Part shown: positions 48,296-58,089 of the stretch, piece by piece
Position numbering within the stretch: position 1 is the first letter of the stretch
How the letters are laid out: the number at the start of each line of letters is the position of its first letter
From: a virus
Virus record (IMG/VR): IMGVR_UViG_3300025917_000002
Coordinates: 9,769-73,768 of that record
Reading direction: 5' to 3' (one strand)
Length of the DNA stretch: 64,000 bases
Position numbers and translations under genes: made by a program
Notes under the pieces: model-generated
Databases searched by the model: none
Seen by the model: the letters and a program-made list of their open reading frames with translations, nothing else
Told to the model about the DNA's origin: nothing

Positions 48296-48751
48296 ATGAA
48301 ACAGTTAATGCTTGGATTCGTTCTTACGGGGCTTTTGATAAGTCTCGCCTCGGCTGCGCCGAGGATACCTAGTACAAAGGAGAGAGTAATGCCAACTGGA
48401 ACCATAGCTGTCAATTCGTCAAGCCAATTAACCCTTGGCGGTACGGTTGTGTTTGATGTGACTTTTGACCCGCCGAACCTAGACCAAAAAACAAAGCCAT
48501 CCGGCGGGGTACGAATCATGTTGGAAGCCTCTGTCCCGGTAGGATCAGGCCCGCCCGGTGATGTTCTGTACCGTGATGAAAAACATTACGATCAGCCTTT
48601 TGTATTAGGCGAAGGCGGGACTTGGGAAGGTACACAATGGAGTGACGTGGGAGGCCCGGCGCACATACGAGCCGATCTTTTCTACTGGGACTACAAAGAC
48701 CCGCAGCAGCGCTTCAAGTGGCTGGCGACTGTCGAATTCGAGGCGAACTAG
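48296..48751 (+). CDS. secreted/periplasmic protein (moron-like)
   Basis: Signal peptide MKQLMLGFVLTGLLISLASA; AT-rich flanks. Confidence 0.7.
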   Translation: MKQLMLGFVLTGLLISLASAAPRIPSTKERVMPTGTIAVNSSSQLTLGGTVVFDVTFDPPNLDQKTKPSGGVRIMLEASVPVGSGPPGDVLYRDEKHYDQPFVLGEGGTWEGTQWSDVGGPAHIRADLFYWDYKDPQQRFKWLATVEFEAN

Positions 48752-48881
48752 TCTAAATGGCTTGGGGGAGTATCTGAAAAAACCGCCAGCACTCTTATGG
48801 CGCTGACGGCTGCCGCGCCAACTAAATGAAAGGAAAACGTGGCAATACGGTCAGTATAGTCTTTATTTCTCGGATCACCTA

Positions 48882-50732
48882 ATGTCTTGGGGAGTACCAA
48901 AACTAGGGACGTTGGTTGAAGACCCTGTGAGCGGGGGCAACTTCACCCTAATTGAGCCCGCGGGCGTGGCACAGGGTGACCTGATGATTGCCTGTATTGC
49001 CTACCGTGGTAATGCGGCGATTACGGCTCCTGCTGGCTGGTCTACCGTAGCCACGGCGCAAAACACGGGCGACACCGACGCCACAAACGGCATCGCGAGT
49101 GGCGTGATGTTCTACATCACTCGTGGCGCGTCTGCCCCTGATCTAGTTTGCACGCGGACAGCCGGGGATGTGGTTCAGGCACGGGTTATTTCTTACTCAG
49201 GATATTCGGGTGTATACGATACTGGCACGTCTCGCACGCTCGCTGTTGCCTCGGCTACTGCTACGACGGCCTCGTTCGACACCGTTGTAGCGAACGAACT
49301 AATCGTTGCTATGGTGTCGGGCGGGGATAATTACAGCGTTTCGACGGGCTTCGATGCGACTGATCCGGCTACCGCATCAGGTACAACCGCCGACACAACG
49401 ACAGCTCCAACAGCAGGGACGTGGATACTCCGACACCTATCGGGGACGGGGACAGGTGCCGACTCAACTTTGGTGATAGGCGATGCAATTCGAGCGACGG
49501 CGGGCGCGACCGGGCAGATATCTTGTGTGCTATCAGGAATAGCCCAACAGGTGATGGTTGCGGGCGCGTTCAAGGTCAGGTATGCGACGGTTGTGTTGAA
49601 TAGCCCTGCTGATGCGTCGTCGGATCCAGATACAACGCCTACACTGGACTTTACCGGCACGGACCCAGATGGCGATTCGCTTGAGTACAACGTACGAATA
49701 AGTGGTGTAATTGATAAATATAGTGATGGCAATATAAGTGGTTACTCGTCGTTTGGCGCGACCACTGGCGATCACGGTAACGGGCAATCATTTACTGGTA
49801 CGGGTCAAACCCTACGCGCTGTCGAGTTTATGTTAGCAAACTTGTTAGGGTGTACCGGGAACGCAGTAGCAAAGATTTATGCGCATTCTGGTGCGTTTGG
49901 TACGTCATCTGTCCCCACCGGAGCAGCACTGGCTGTCTCTGATAATCTTGATGTGTCCACGCTGCCAACAGCACTAGATTATACATCTTCAACGGTTTTA
50001 ACTTTTTCGGGTGCTAATCAAATTGTTTTAACCAACGGTACGAAATATGTGGTTAGTTTGGAATATGAATCTGGCAGCACTCTTAGCATTCGATTGGGTA
50101 TAGATACTACATCTCCTGGCCATGCTGGAAATTGTATCATCAAGAATAGTTCTGATGTGTGGAACGCGCTGAACACCACCGACATCTGCTTTTCTGTGGA
50201 TTTCTTTGTACTCAATAAGTTCTCTGCGTCAGATGCGGGGTTCGTCAATCCGGATACAGGCGGAGATACCCACCCGTTTAATTCAGGCGAGAACATTCAA
50301 TATACAGTTCAGGCAGGAGACGCCTTAGCCCCTGAGACTTATTCTTGGCGGGTCCGGGCTATTGATCCTGCTGGCAGTAACAGCTATGGAGAGTGGTCAG
50401 CAACACGGAGCTTTACCATTACGGTCGTAGGAAGCACCAGCGAATCGGCTAGCCCTTCCGTCTCATCTTCCGTCTCTCCTTCCACGTCCCAATCGGTCTC
50501 GTCGTCTACCTCTGTATCCACGTCAGAGTCCGTTTCGCCGTCTGTAAGTTCGTCCATTTCACCATCGGTCAGCGAGAGCGCAAGTTCGAGCGTCAGCCCA
50601 AGCGCAAGCCCTTCAGCATCCCCATCAACCTCACCATCATCAAGCGTCAGTCCGTCGGCGGGTATACAGCCATTACCCTTAGTCTTTTCCCGACGTGGTA
50701 TGATACTGACACACAGGAGATATATCCCATGA
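48882..50732 (+). CDS. multidomain fibre/spike protein with Ig/FN3-like domain and 75-aa (Ser-X)n tail
   Basis: GDLMIA..APAGW domain, TPTLDF..DPDGDSLEY, YSWRVRAID..WS; Ser tract 50433-50657. Confidence 0.75.
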   Translation: MSWGVPKLGTLVEDPVSGGNFTLIEPAGVAQGDLMIACIAYRGNAAITAPAGWSTVATAQNTGDTDATNGIASGVMFYITRGASAPDLVCTRTAGDVVQARVISYSGYSGVYDTGTSRTLAVASATATTASFDTVVANELIVAMVSGGDNYSVSTGFDATDPATASGTTADTTTAPTAGTWILRHLSGTGTGADSTLVIGDAIRATAGATGQISCVLSGIAQQVMVAGAFKVRYATVVLNSPADASSDPDTTPTLDFTGTDPDGDSLEYNVRISGVIDKYSDGNISGYSSFGATTGDHGNGQSFTGTGQTLRAVEFMLANLLGCTGNAVAKIYAHSGAFGTSSVPTGAALAVSDNLDVSTLPTALDYTSSTVLTFSGANQIVLTNGTKYVVSLEYESGSTLSIRLGIDTTSPGHAGNCIIKNSSDVWNALNTTDICFSVDFFVLNKFSASDAGFVNPDTGGDTHPFNSGENIQYTVQAGDALAPETYSWRVRAIDPAGSNSYGEWSATRSFTITVVGSTSESASPSVSSSVSPSTSQSVSSSTSVSTSESVSPSVSSSISPSVSESASSSVSPSASPSASPSTSPSSSVSPSAGIQPLPLVFSRRGMILTHRRYIP

Positions 50733-51217
50733 GCCGAATGTACCGAGTTCCGTTTACTGGCACCTTAACCAACGCAGGGGGCGACAGTGATTTGCTGAGC
50801 ATCCAGCCCGCCGATGACAAGCCGTGTAAGATCGCCGGGTGGTTTATTAGCCAAAGCTCGGAGATTGGTGATGTCCAAGAGGAGAATCTGCGCATTACTG
50901 TAAGGCACATGACCGCAACCGTTACTATTGGCAGTGGTGGGTCCGCAGTGACGCCTGTACCTCGGCGACCCGGTACTGACCTTGCTGCTGGATTCGTTGC
51001 GCGATGCAATGACACAACCGTTTCGACGACCAGTGGCACGAGCACAGTCTGTGAGGAGCTGGGATGGAACGAACGCAGCACTCCTTGGGAGCGGTTTATA
51101 CCAGAAGAATTCCGGTTGCAGGCGGTGCAGGGTGAAGTGTTGATTGTCCGATGTGAATCAACTCCCGCTGACGACCTTACAATCGAAGTTACGTTCTTTG
51201 TCGAAGAAGAAGGCTAA
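50729..51217 (+). CDS. beta-sandwich virion protein
   Basis: ATGA-coupled; about 160 aa, ends FVEE. Confidence 0.7.
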   Translation: MSRMYRVPFTGTLTNAGGDSDLLSIQPADDKPCKIAGWFISQSSEIGDVQEENLRITVRHMTATVTIGSGGSAVTPVPRRPGTDLAAGFVARCNDTTVSTTSGTSTVCEELGWNERSTPWERFIPEEFRLQAVQGEVLIVRCESTPADDLTIEVTFFVEEEG

Positions 51218-51224
51218 AAGCTGA

Positions 51225-53084
51225 GTGGCAACTTTCCACCGTTATAGGCTATTCAAGCTACCGCGTGCGCGGTGGATACCTAGTCGCACCCAAGTTAGCC
51301 CTTCCACGTCCGAAAGCGCCAGTCCAAGTCTTAGTGAGTCGGTATCACCTAGCGTATCGCCGTCTGTTAGTCCAAGTGTCAGCCCCAGTGTAAGCCCATC
51401 TGTTTCTGAATCACCGTCACCGTCAGTATCTCCCTCAGAGAGCGCATCGGCGAGTGAATCAACGTCACCGTCGATCTCTGAGTCCGTTTCGCCGTCCACG
51501 TCGGAATCGTCATCCATCTCGCCGTCAACGTCCGAGTCGGCTTCTCCGTCAGCGTCCCCATCTGTAAGCCCGAGCTTATCGGAAAGTGCATCACCATCGG
51601 TTAGTCCCTCTACATCTGAGTCGATCTCACCATCAGAGTCCGAAAGCTCAAGCCCGTCTCCGAGCGAGGGTGTAGAATGCGACGAGCCAAGGACCCCAAA
51701 TATCACACGAAACCACGATGTCGGACAGAATGCGTGGGCTAATACCGACAACGCCAAGGTCCCAGATTCCGCCTTCGCTACCGTTCTTTTCCCTGTTGAC
51801 GGAGCCTCACTGAGCGACTATCTCTTGGTCAGAGACTTCGGGTTTACAATCGACTCATACACCATCATCGAAGGCATAACGGTCGAGGTTCTGCGCAAAG
51901 CAGATATGCTCGGGGTTAAGAGTGCCAACATCAATCTCGTTAAGGATGCGGACCAAGCTGTTCCTGTAGTATTTTCTGGCAACGATCCGGCAGTTGGCGA
52001 CACCCTGCCTCTTATATCTAACTACAAAGCCTACGGTGGCACCTACGAACTATGGGGAATGAGCTGGACAGCGGCGGAGATTAACTCGCCCGCGTTCGGG
52101 GTGTGGATACAGCTTAATGGTATAGATACACCAGGGGCAACGGCTTCTATAGACGCTGTTCAGGTAACGGTCTGTTATCTACAGACTGCATCTGTGTCGG
52201 AGAGCGCATCGCCATCTGTATCGCCTTCGACTTCGGCGTCAACATCCGAGAGCCCAAGCCCCAGCCTGAGTGAGAGCGCAAGCCCGAGTGTTAGCCCGAG
52301 CACGAGCCCATCGGTCAGTGAATCGGCCAGCTCCTCAGTATCCGAGTCGGTGTCGGCGTCCACATCCGAGTCCGCTTCACCTAGTGTTAGCTCGTCGACT
52401 TCTCCGTCTGTATCACCGTCGGTATCGGTATCTGTGTCGGAGTCTGCGTCGCCTAGCGTTAGCTCCTCGGTGTCGCCTTCGGTGTCGGCCTCGGCTTCTG
52501 AGTCATCGTCCGAATCATCATCAGTCAGCGGCTCCGTGTCCCCATCGGTGTCACCGTCTACTAGCGAGAGTGCCAGTGCCTCAGTAAGTCCGTCGTTGTC
52601 ACCAAGCGTTTCACCATCAGCGTCCCCAAGCGTAAGTCCCAGTCCAAGTGAAAGCGCAAGTGCCAGCGTTAGCCCTAGCATCAGTCCGTCTACCAGCCCA
52701 TCGGCCAGTTCGTCAGTATCATCGTCATTATCAGAGAGCCCGTCACCATCGGCTTCACCGAGCGTAAGTCCATCTGTATCACCGTCTGCATCACCGTCTA
52801 TATCACCGTCAACATCCGAGTCCGCCTCGATCAGCGGCAGTATATCACCATCTACATCACCATCACTGTCCCCCTCACTTTCGCTTAGTGCCAGCCCATC
52901 TCCCAGCCCTAGCTTCTCCTTCGCGGTCTGCCCGGAGGTGGGGGAGGCCGTAGCTACGTTCACGGTGGTAGCATGGAGCGGCCAAACATCGGGAGCGGCC
53001 ACAGCGGTTCCAGCAGATGTTGCTTGGAGTGGTATTATCTCAGGGCAGGCAACGGCGGCGTTCACCGAGGTCCCATGCGTTTAG
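51225..53084 (+). CDS. mucin-like protein: two (Ser-X)n tracts flanking a beta domain
   Basis: Tracts 51297-51665 and 52191-52919; central DFGFTI..IEGI.V, YGG..LWG.SWT.AEINSP.FGV. Confidence 0.8.
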   Translation: MATFHRYRLFKLPRARWIPSRTQVSPSTSESASPSLSESVSPSVSPSVSPSVSPSVSPSVSESPSPSVSPSESASASESTSPSISESVSPSTSESSSISPSTSESASPSASPSVSPSLSESASPSVSPSTSESISPSESESSSPSPSEGVECDEPRTPNITRNHDVGQNAWANTDNAKVPDSAFATVLFPVDGASLSDYLLVRDFGFTIDSYTIIEGITVEVLRKADMLGVKSANINLVKDADQAVPVVFSGNDPAVGDTLPLISNYKAYGGTYELWGMSWTAAEINSPAFGVWIQLNGIDTPGATASIDAVQVTVCYLQTASVSESASPSVSPSTSASTSESPSPSLSESASPSVSPSTSPSVSESASSSVSESVSASTSESASPSVSSSTSPSVSPSVSVSVSESASPSVSSSVSPSVSASASESSSESSSVSGSVSPSVSPSTSESASASVSPSLSPSVSPSASPSVSPSPSESASASVSPSISPSTSPSASSSVSSSLSESPSPSASPSVSPSVSPSASPSISPSTSESASISGSISPSTSPSLSPSLSLSASPSPSPSFSFAVCPEVGEAVATFTVVAWSGQTSGAATAVPADVAWSGIISGQATAAFTEVPCV

Positions 53085-53255
53085 AGATGAGCATGAAACC
53101 AGAAACCTTGTTGAAGCTCGCCGCGTGGTTCGAGGCGAGGGCCAAACGAACGGAGTGTGGCGGTTGTAAGCGGCGGGCGCTCCGGTTGGCGCGGGTAGCT
53201 CGGCGGGCCGCACAGGCAAAAGTTGATGAAGCCCTAAACGTGGTAGAGGAGGCCA

Positions 53256-54299
53256 GTGGCAAAGAAAAGCAAGAACTTACGTAGCGGAATCCCGCTGCTC
53301 GGCGGATCGCTCATCGACGATCTGAACGCGATGGGCGAAGCTGCGGGCAAGCCGGGTATGGGCACGAGGCTCGCTACTGAGCTGAACCGCCGCTTCATCA
53401 CGATCAACACGAGACAGGACGCGCAGGCGGGGCTGCGGGGGTCAGTTGCGATTGCGCCCCAGAAACGGAGGGCGAGCAGGGGAGCCCCCGCGCCGGGGCT
53501 CTTGCTGCGCCAGAACCGAATCGGCGAAGTCGATGACGCGATCAACGATGACGAGGTACCGAACTGGGGACAGGTCCGGGGGCTATTTACCTGCGAGCAC
53601 TTCGGTGGGCACGTCAGCGGGTTTCCGGGGTGGGTTGAGGAGTGCGTTGAAGGAGAGAAGGCAGCAGCCGGTGAGGGCATTATGCCCTACTTCTTCGGCT
53701 GGACGGTCCACATTCCCCCCGAGGCAGATACGTTGGTTATCGACCCGTTTGCTGGCGAAACGGTTATACGCTTATGGTCATTCGTTCTACCGGAACCTGC
53801 CATAGTAGATCGTGTCAGCTACTATATGCAGATATTTACTTTCACCTCTATACCTCCAACCATCAATATAGGTCTTTATGATGTCAATCTTAACCTGATT
53901 TTTGAGACTGGCGGGATAGATGTTAGTGACCCAGCAAATCCCGCAGTGGTAGAGGACGGAGCTTTCACCTTTGAGCTTGACCAATCTTACGATCTGGCGT
54001 CAGGTGAATACTTTCTTGCGTTTGCTAGCGGTGTCTGTATGCGAATGATCGGTATAGCTACCAGTCCGTTCTCACTGGCCTTGCTTAACCACGCCGAAGT
54101 GCAGGATGAAGGACTTACTACCCCCGGCCCCTACGGTCTGCGATTTTTTGAGTTCGACGTTGGCACGTCTACCACAAAACCTTATGACGAATTGCCGTCT
54201 GTTATTGATGCAACCACTGGGACATTTGTAAATATGTATGAACTACATGAAGACGTGCCGATGATTCTATTTGAGGGAGTAAAGGCGCAATATGGTTAG
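53256..54299 (+). CDS. putative tail-associated protein
   Basis: Long ORF after the fibre genes; AT-richer C-terminal beta domain. Confidence 0.65.
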   Translation: MAKKSKNLRSGIPLLGGSLIDDLNAMGEAAGKPGMGTRLATELNRRFITINTRQDAQAGLRGSVAIAPQKRRASRGAPAPGLLLRQNRIGEVDDAINDDEVPNWGQVRGLFTCEHFGGHVSGFPGWVEECVEGEKAAAGEGIMPYFFGWTVHIPPEADTLVIDPFAGETVIRLWSFVLPEPAIVDRVSYYMQIFTFTSIPPTINIGLYDVNLNLIFETGGIDVSDPANPAVVEDGAFTFELDQSYDLASGEYFLAFASGVCMRMIGIATSPFSLALLNHAEVQDEGLTTPGPYGLRFFEFDVGTSTTKPYDELPSVIDATTGTFVNMYELHEDVPMILFEGVKAQYG

Positions 54300-54643
54300 C
54301 GGGTGGGCGACAGTACCAGAATCAATCGTGGCGCACTACTTCGATGAGCAATGCTGCCGAGGATGTGCGGCGTTTCAGTCGGCGTGTGGGACGTATGATC
54401 TTGATTCCTTGGATGGGGTAAAGCCCATTAGTGAGGTTGGCGTGCCTCCGTGTTCGCGGTGTGTGCGACGCGCGGAACAACGCATAGGGCGGCAGGCCCG
54501 CAAAAAGCCTACCGAACCCCAATAACTTGTGCTATGATGCGGCTCAGAGCGGAGACTTATGGTTATGGTTAAAGCACTACGGCACTACCTATGGAAGCGA
54601 AGGCTGTCACCGTTCTGGCGGGAGTGGCTCCGAGGCTAGCTGG

Positions 54644-55135
54644 ATGGCAGCAACGGCAACTAAGCCGATGATCGAGCTTCGAGACTTTGACCCGTCCGAT
54701 TGGCCCGTTGTCTGGAAGTGGATAGAACGGTACTACTGGAAAGTCGCTGATGACTACGCCCCAAAAACTCTCCGCGAGTTCGTTGACGCCAGCATCAGGC
54801 GGGGGTCCCGAAACTTCGGGGTCTACCGCGACGGCGAACTCGGTGGGCTTATCATGTTCGACCAACTCAGCCCCCTTCTCGTCGAGTGCCATATCTACTT
54901 CAAGCGATCCTTCTGGGGCTGGGCGACGACCGCCCCGGCCCTGCGTTTGGCATATGCATGGGCGACTGGCCCCGGTGGCTACAAGAAGGGCACGTCGCCG
55001 GTCTTTGAGAGCAACCGGCTTATGGTGCGACTGCTGGAACATCTGGGTGCGGTACAGGAAGGTTTCTTTCGCAACCATACCACCCAGCGAGGCAAGCCGG
55101 TGAACGTACTCTACTTTTCGATCTTCAAGGAGTAG
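54644..55135 (+). CDS. GNAT acetyltransferase (P22 gp14/T7 gp13-like position)
   Basis: ECH.YF...FWG, V.ESN......LEHLG..QEG.FR. Confidence 0.8.
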   Translation: MAATATKPMIELRDFDPSDWPVVWKWIERYYWKVADDYAPKTLREFVDASIRRGSRNFGVYRDGELGGLIMFDQLSPLLVECHIYFKRSFWGWATTAPALRLAYAWATGPGGYKKGTSPVFESNRLMVRLLEHLGAVQEGFFRNHTTQRGKPVNVLYFSIFKE

Positions 55136-55138
55136 CTC

Positions 55139-55669
55139 ATGTCTGGACTATTCGGATCACGCCCACAGACTTCGACATCGGATCGGTCCTTCGAGGACAC
55201 GTCCACGACCGGGGGCGTTCGCAGCGGCAAGCAGCGGCATCTGTTCCGCGATACGCTGGACCAGTTGCTCGCGAGCATCAGCCAGGGGCCGCAGGTCATG
55301 CAGTCCGATCGAGACGCAATGCGCGGCACGATCAACAAGTCTTATAACGCGGCGCAGGCGCAGATCGAGAGTGGACTGACGGGACGGGGCTTCGGGAACA
55401 GTGGGAAGCTCGGGAAGGCTTTTCGAGATTTGGACATCTCGCGGGCGGGGGATTTCTCATCCGGTGAGATGAGCCTACAGAACCAAGCTCAGCAGCAATA
55501 CGCGCAGATGATCGGGTTGGCCTTGCCCTATCTAACGCCCGGTGATTTCACGACGGTCAGTTCGGGTAGTTCCAGCGGGACGCGGACTCAGCCGGGGCCG
55601 AGCATCTTTGACAAGTTGTTAGGCTATGGATCGCAAGCCGCCGGGATCGCCGCGCTGGCCGGTGTCTAA
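55139..55669 (+). CDS. small ejection/pilot protein (paralog 1)
   Basis: MSGLFGSR, S/T-rich, L..RG.G.SG, Gly/Ala C-terminal helix. Confidence 0.7.
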   Translation: MSGLFGSRPQTSTSDRSFEDTSTTGGVRSGKQRHLFRDTLDQLLASISQGPQVMQSDRDAMRGTINKSYNAAQAQIESGLTGRGFGNSGKLGKAFRDLDISRAGDFSSGEMSLQNQAQQQYAQMIGLALPYLTPGDFTTVSSGSSSGTRTQPGPSIFDKLLGYGSQAAGIAALAGV

Positions 55670-55680
55670 GGAGATCAACG

Positions 55681-56316
55681 ATGTCTGGACTATTCGGATC
55701 ACGAGATCGAACGGCAACAGAGTCGCAGAAGTATAGCAAGACGGCTACGACCACGGGCGAGCGGACGCCTCGGCAGACCAGCCTTTTCAACGAGATCATC
55801 GCGCAGCTCAACGAGACGATCAATCAGGGGCCGAACGTGAGGCCAGAGGACCTTGCGGCGATGCGGGGTCAGGTGAAGGGGACGTATGGGCAGATTGCTC
55901 CGCGCGTGGGTGCGGCGTTGAAGTCCCGTGGGATGAGCGCGACCGGCGGCAAGCCTTCGTCATCGCCGTCACCCGGTGGGAACTTCCGAGGCATAGATAT
56001 CGCGCAGGGGAACCAGATGGCGGCGGGCAAGTCGAACCTCGCGGACCTCGCGAGGCAGCGATATATGCAGTCGATTGGGATGGCGTTCCCACTTACGAAG
56101 CCGACGACAACCGTTTCGACCAGCACGGGCACCAAGACCGGGAGCGAGACGCAACCGGGGCCGAGCTTGTTCGATCAGATGTTGGGGTACGCGAGCCAGA
56201 TCGCAGGGATCGCGGCGGGGTTTGGGGCGTTCGGCTCGCCGGGAATGACGGGTAGACCGGACCAAGTACCGTGGGGAGCGGGGCCGGGATTCGGCGCGAT
56301 GTACGGTGGTATCTGA
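55681..56316 (+). CDS. small ejection/pilot protein (paralog 2)
   Basis: First 23 nt identical to paralog 1; QPGPSLFDQMLGYASQ. Confidence 0.7.
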   Translation: MSGLFGSRDRTATESQKYSKTATTTGERTPRQTSLFNEIIAQLNETINQGPNVRPEDLAAMRGQVKGTYGQIAPRVGAALKSRGMSATGGKPSSSPSPGGNFRGIDIAQGNQMAAGKSNLADLARQRYMQSIGMAFPLTKPTTTVSTSTGTKTGSETQPGPSLFDQMLGYASQIAGIAAGFGAFGSPGMTGRPDQVPWGAGPGFGAMYGGI

Positions 56317-56939
56317 TGAGCACAGCTTATAACAGCCACGTCACCGTCAGCTCGCCCTTCGGCGTGGCGGACCTCCCGACGCTGTTCGTTTGGCGCAACC
56401 GGCTGCACCGTTGGAACGGTGAGCCCGAGGAGGAACTTGGCTCGTTTATGGATGAGCATCTTGCGCGGGAGAACGTAGAAACGTGGGCGGCCTACCGGGA
56501 CGGGGAACTCGGAGGTTATCTGGAGGCCAGCCCCGGCGAACTTTCGTTCGCCACCGATGGGTCGGTCGCGGCGGTCGCACGGGTCGAAATGATCTTCAAG
56601 CGCGAGTTCTTCAAGCGGCGACCGGAGGAGGAGAACGGCGCGAGTGCAGGGGGCCAGCACGTAACGCAGCCCGCGTTGAACTTAGTGCTGCGGGAACTGT
56701 TCGACGGTGAGTTTGAGCTGGTCTTCTTTCCGCTTGCAGCGGGCAACCGCCCGATCCAATCGCTCGTGCAGTCGGTGGGAGCAGCGAAGGTCGGCGTCGT
56801 AGACGACGGCATCAGCCTTTGGCTGCTGTCGCGGGAGGAGTGGAGGCTAGCGAACGCTTCGTTCGTTGCGGAGTATGAACGGGTAAACCCACCGCCGCCG
56901 GTTGAGATCGTTGAGCCGATGATGGAGTACGCCGAATGA
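56316..56939 (+). CDS. GNAT-like paralog
   Basis: Shares YRDGELGG and F-K-R-x-F motifs with 54644..55135. Confidence 0.65.
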   Translation: MSTAYNSHVTVSSPFGVADLPTLFVWRNRLHRWNGEPEEELGSFMDEHLARENVETWAAYRDGELGGYLEASPGELSFATDGSVAAVARVEMIFKREFFKRRPEEENGASAGGQHVTQPALNLVLRELFDGEFELVFFPLAAGNRPIQSLVQSVGAAKVGVVDDGISLWLLSREEWRLANASFVAEYERVNPPPPVEIVEPMMEYAE

Positions 56940-58084
56940 GCTATCAATGGGAACCGCCTGATCTGATCGGCCCGATCCTGAAGGGCCTCCAGATACGCTC
57001 CTACCTCGAAGATATTAAGTCGCGGCGGGAGGAGCGCAAGCAACGGGCGGACTATCACCGGATGCAGATCGAAGCTCATCAGCAGGACCGGGCGATCAAG
57101 ACGTTTCAAATGCAGCGGGACTTGGCAGACATGGGGGCTATTCCGGCGCTGCCGAGTGACACGGGCCAGAACGATGAAGCGATTGCGGCTGCGGTGAACA
57201 TTACGCCGGAGAACCGGCGACCGCTGCTTGAGGCTCCGGGCATTGGACGATACCGTATGCCGAGTCAAGGAGATCGGTTTAAGCGAGCGTCGGTGCTCGC
57301 TGAGCAGAAGGGGATCAACGAGGGCATCGCAGAGAAGGCTAAGACCTCGATCTCCGACCCGAACATCGCTATCGACTTCCCCGGTATCGGTAAGGTTCCA
57401 GTCCCGAGATCGCAGACGATCAACGCGCTGAGGTTCCAGCGCGAGTTAAAGAACGGCAAGCTGATTAGCCCGAAGACCGAAACAGACGAGCAGACGGGCA
57501 TCACTTATTTCCGCGCAATCGACGCGGAGACGATGGAGCCGGTTGAGATAGAATTTCCGACGCGATCGACGCCGAAGCCGAAAACGACAACCGGCCAGAA
57601 GACCGAGCACCAACTGTTCGTAGAAGAACATACCTTACAACAAGAATCACGGGCAGAAGCAAAGGATGTAAACGACGCACTGAAACATTGGAGAGAACTC
57701 GCTAATGAAGCGATAAGGCTGGACGCTCCTGATCCAAGCGACCCCAAGAAGCAACCGCCTGATCCGAGAGTTAGCCCCGAGTGGAAGGCCGCACGTGCTG
57801 AGGCAGAGGCCGCTGCTAAGCAGTATCCGTGGGCGCTTCAGTATACCGAGGACGAACGCGGCTATCCATACCTCAAGGACATCAGGGGAGAGGCATGGGC
57901 ACCTCCAAGATCGGGACAGAAGGCAACGACAACATCCACATCTACATCGGCAAACAAGAAGCCAGCAACCGCAGCGGCAGCATCCATCACCCGTCGCCAG
58001 TATCTCCAAGCCGTCAAGGACCTCGGGAAAGCTGCCGCCGACGCCGAGGTCAAGCGGCGCAATCTAACAATCATAGAAGACTAA
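56936..58084 (+). CDS. ejection protein (medium)
   Basis: Charged/helical; position before the giant ORF. Confidence 0.6.
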   Translation: MSYQWEPPDLIGPILKGLQIRSYLEDIKSRREERKQRADYHRMQIEAHQQDRAIKTFQMQRDLADMGAIPALPSDTGQNDEAIAAAVNITPENRRPLLEAPGIGRYRMPSQGDRFKRASVLAEQKGINEGIAEKAKTSISDPNIAIDFPGIGKVPVPRSQTINALRFQRELKNGKLISPKTETDEQTGITYFRAIDAETMEPVEIEFPTRSTPKPKTTTGQKTEHQLFVEEHTLQQESRAEAKDVNDALKHWRELANEAIRLDAPDPSDPKKQPPDPRVSPEWKAARAEAEAAAKQYPWALQYTEDERGYPYLKDIRGEAWAPPRSGQKATTTSTSTSANKKPATAAAASITRRQYLQAVKDLGKAAADAEVKRRNLTIIED

Positions 58085-58089
58085 GCTAA

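Noticed and set aside
43081-52919. Ser-rich DNA as a CRISPR array or DGR repeats
   Set aside because: No constant repeat-spacer structure, no adenine-specific TR/VR pair, and no cas or reverse transcriptase gene seen.
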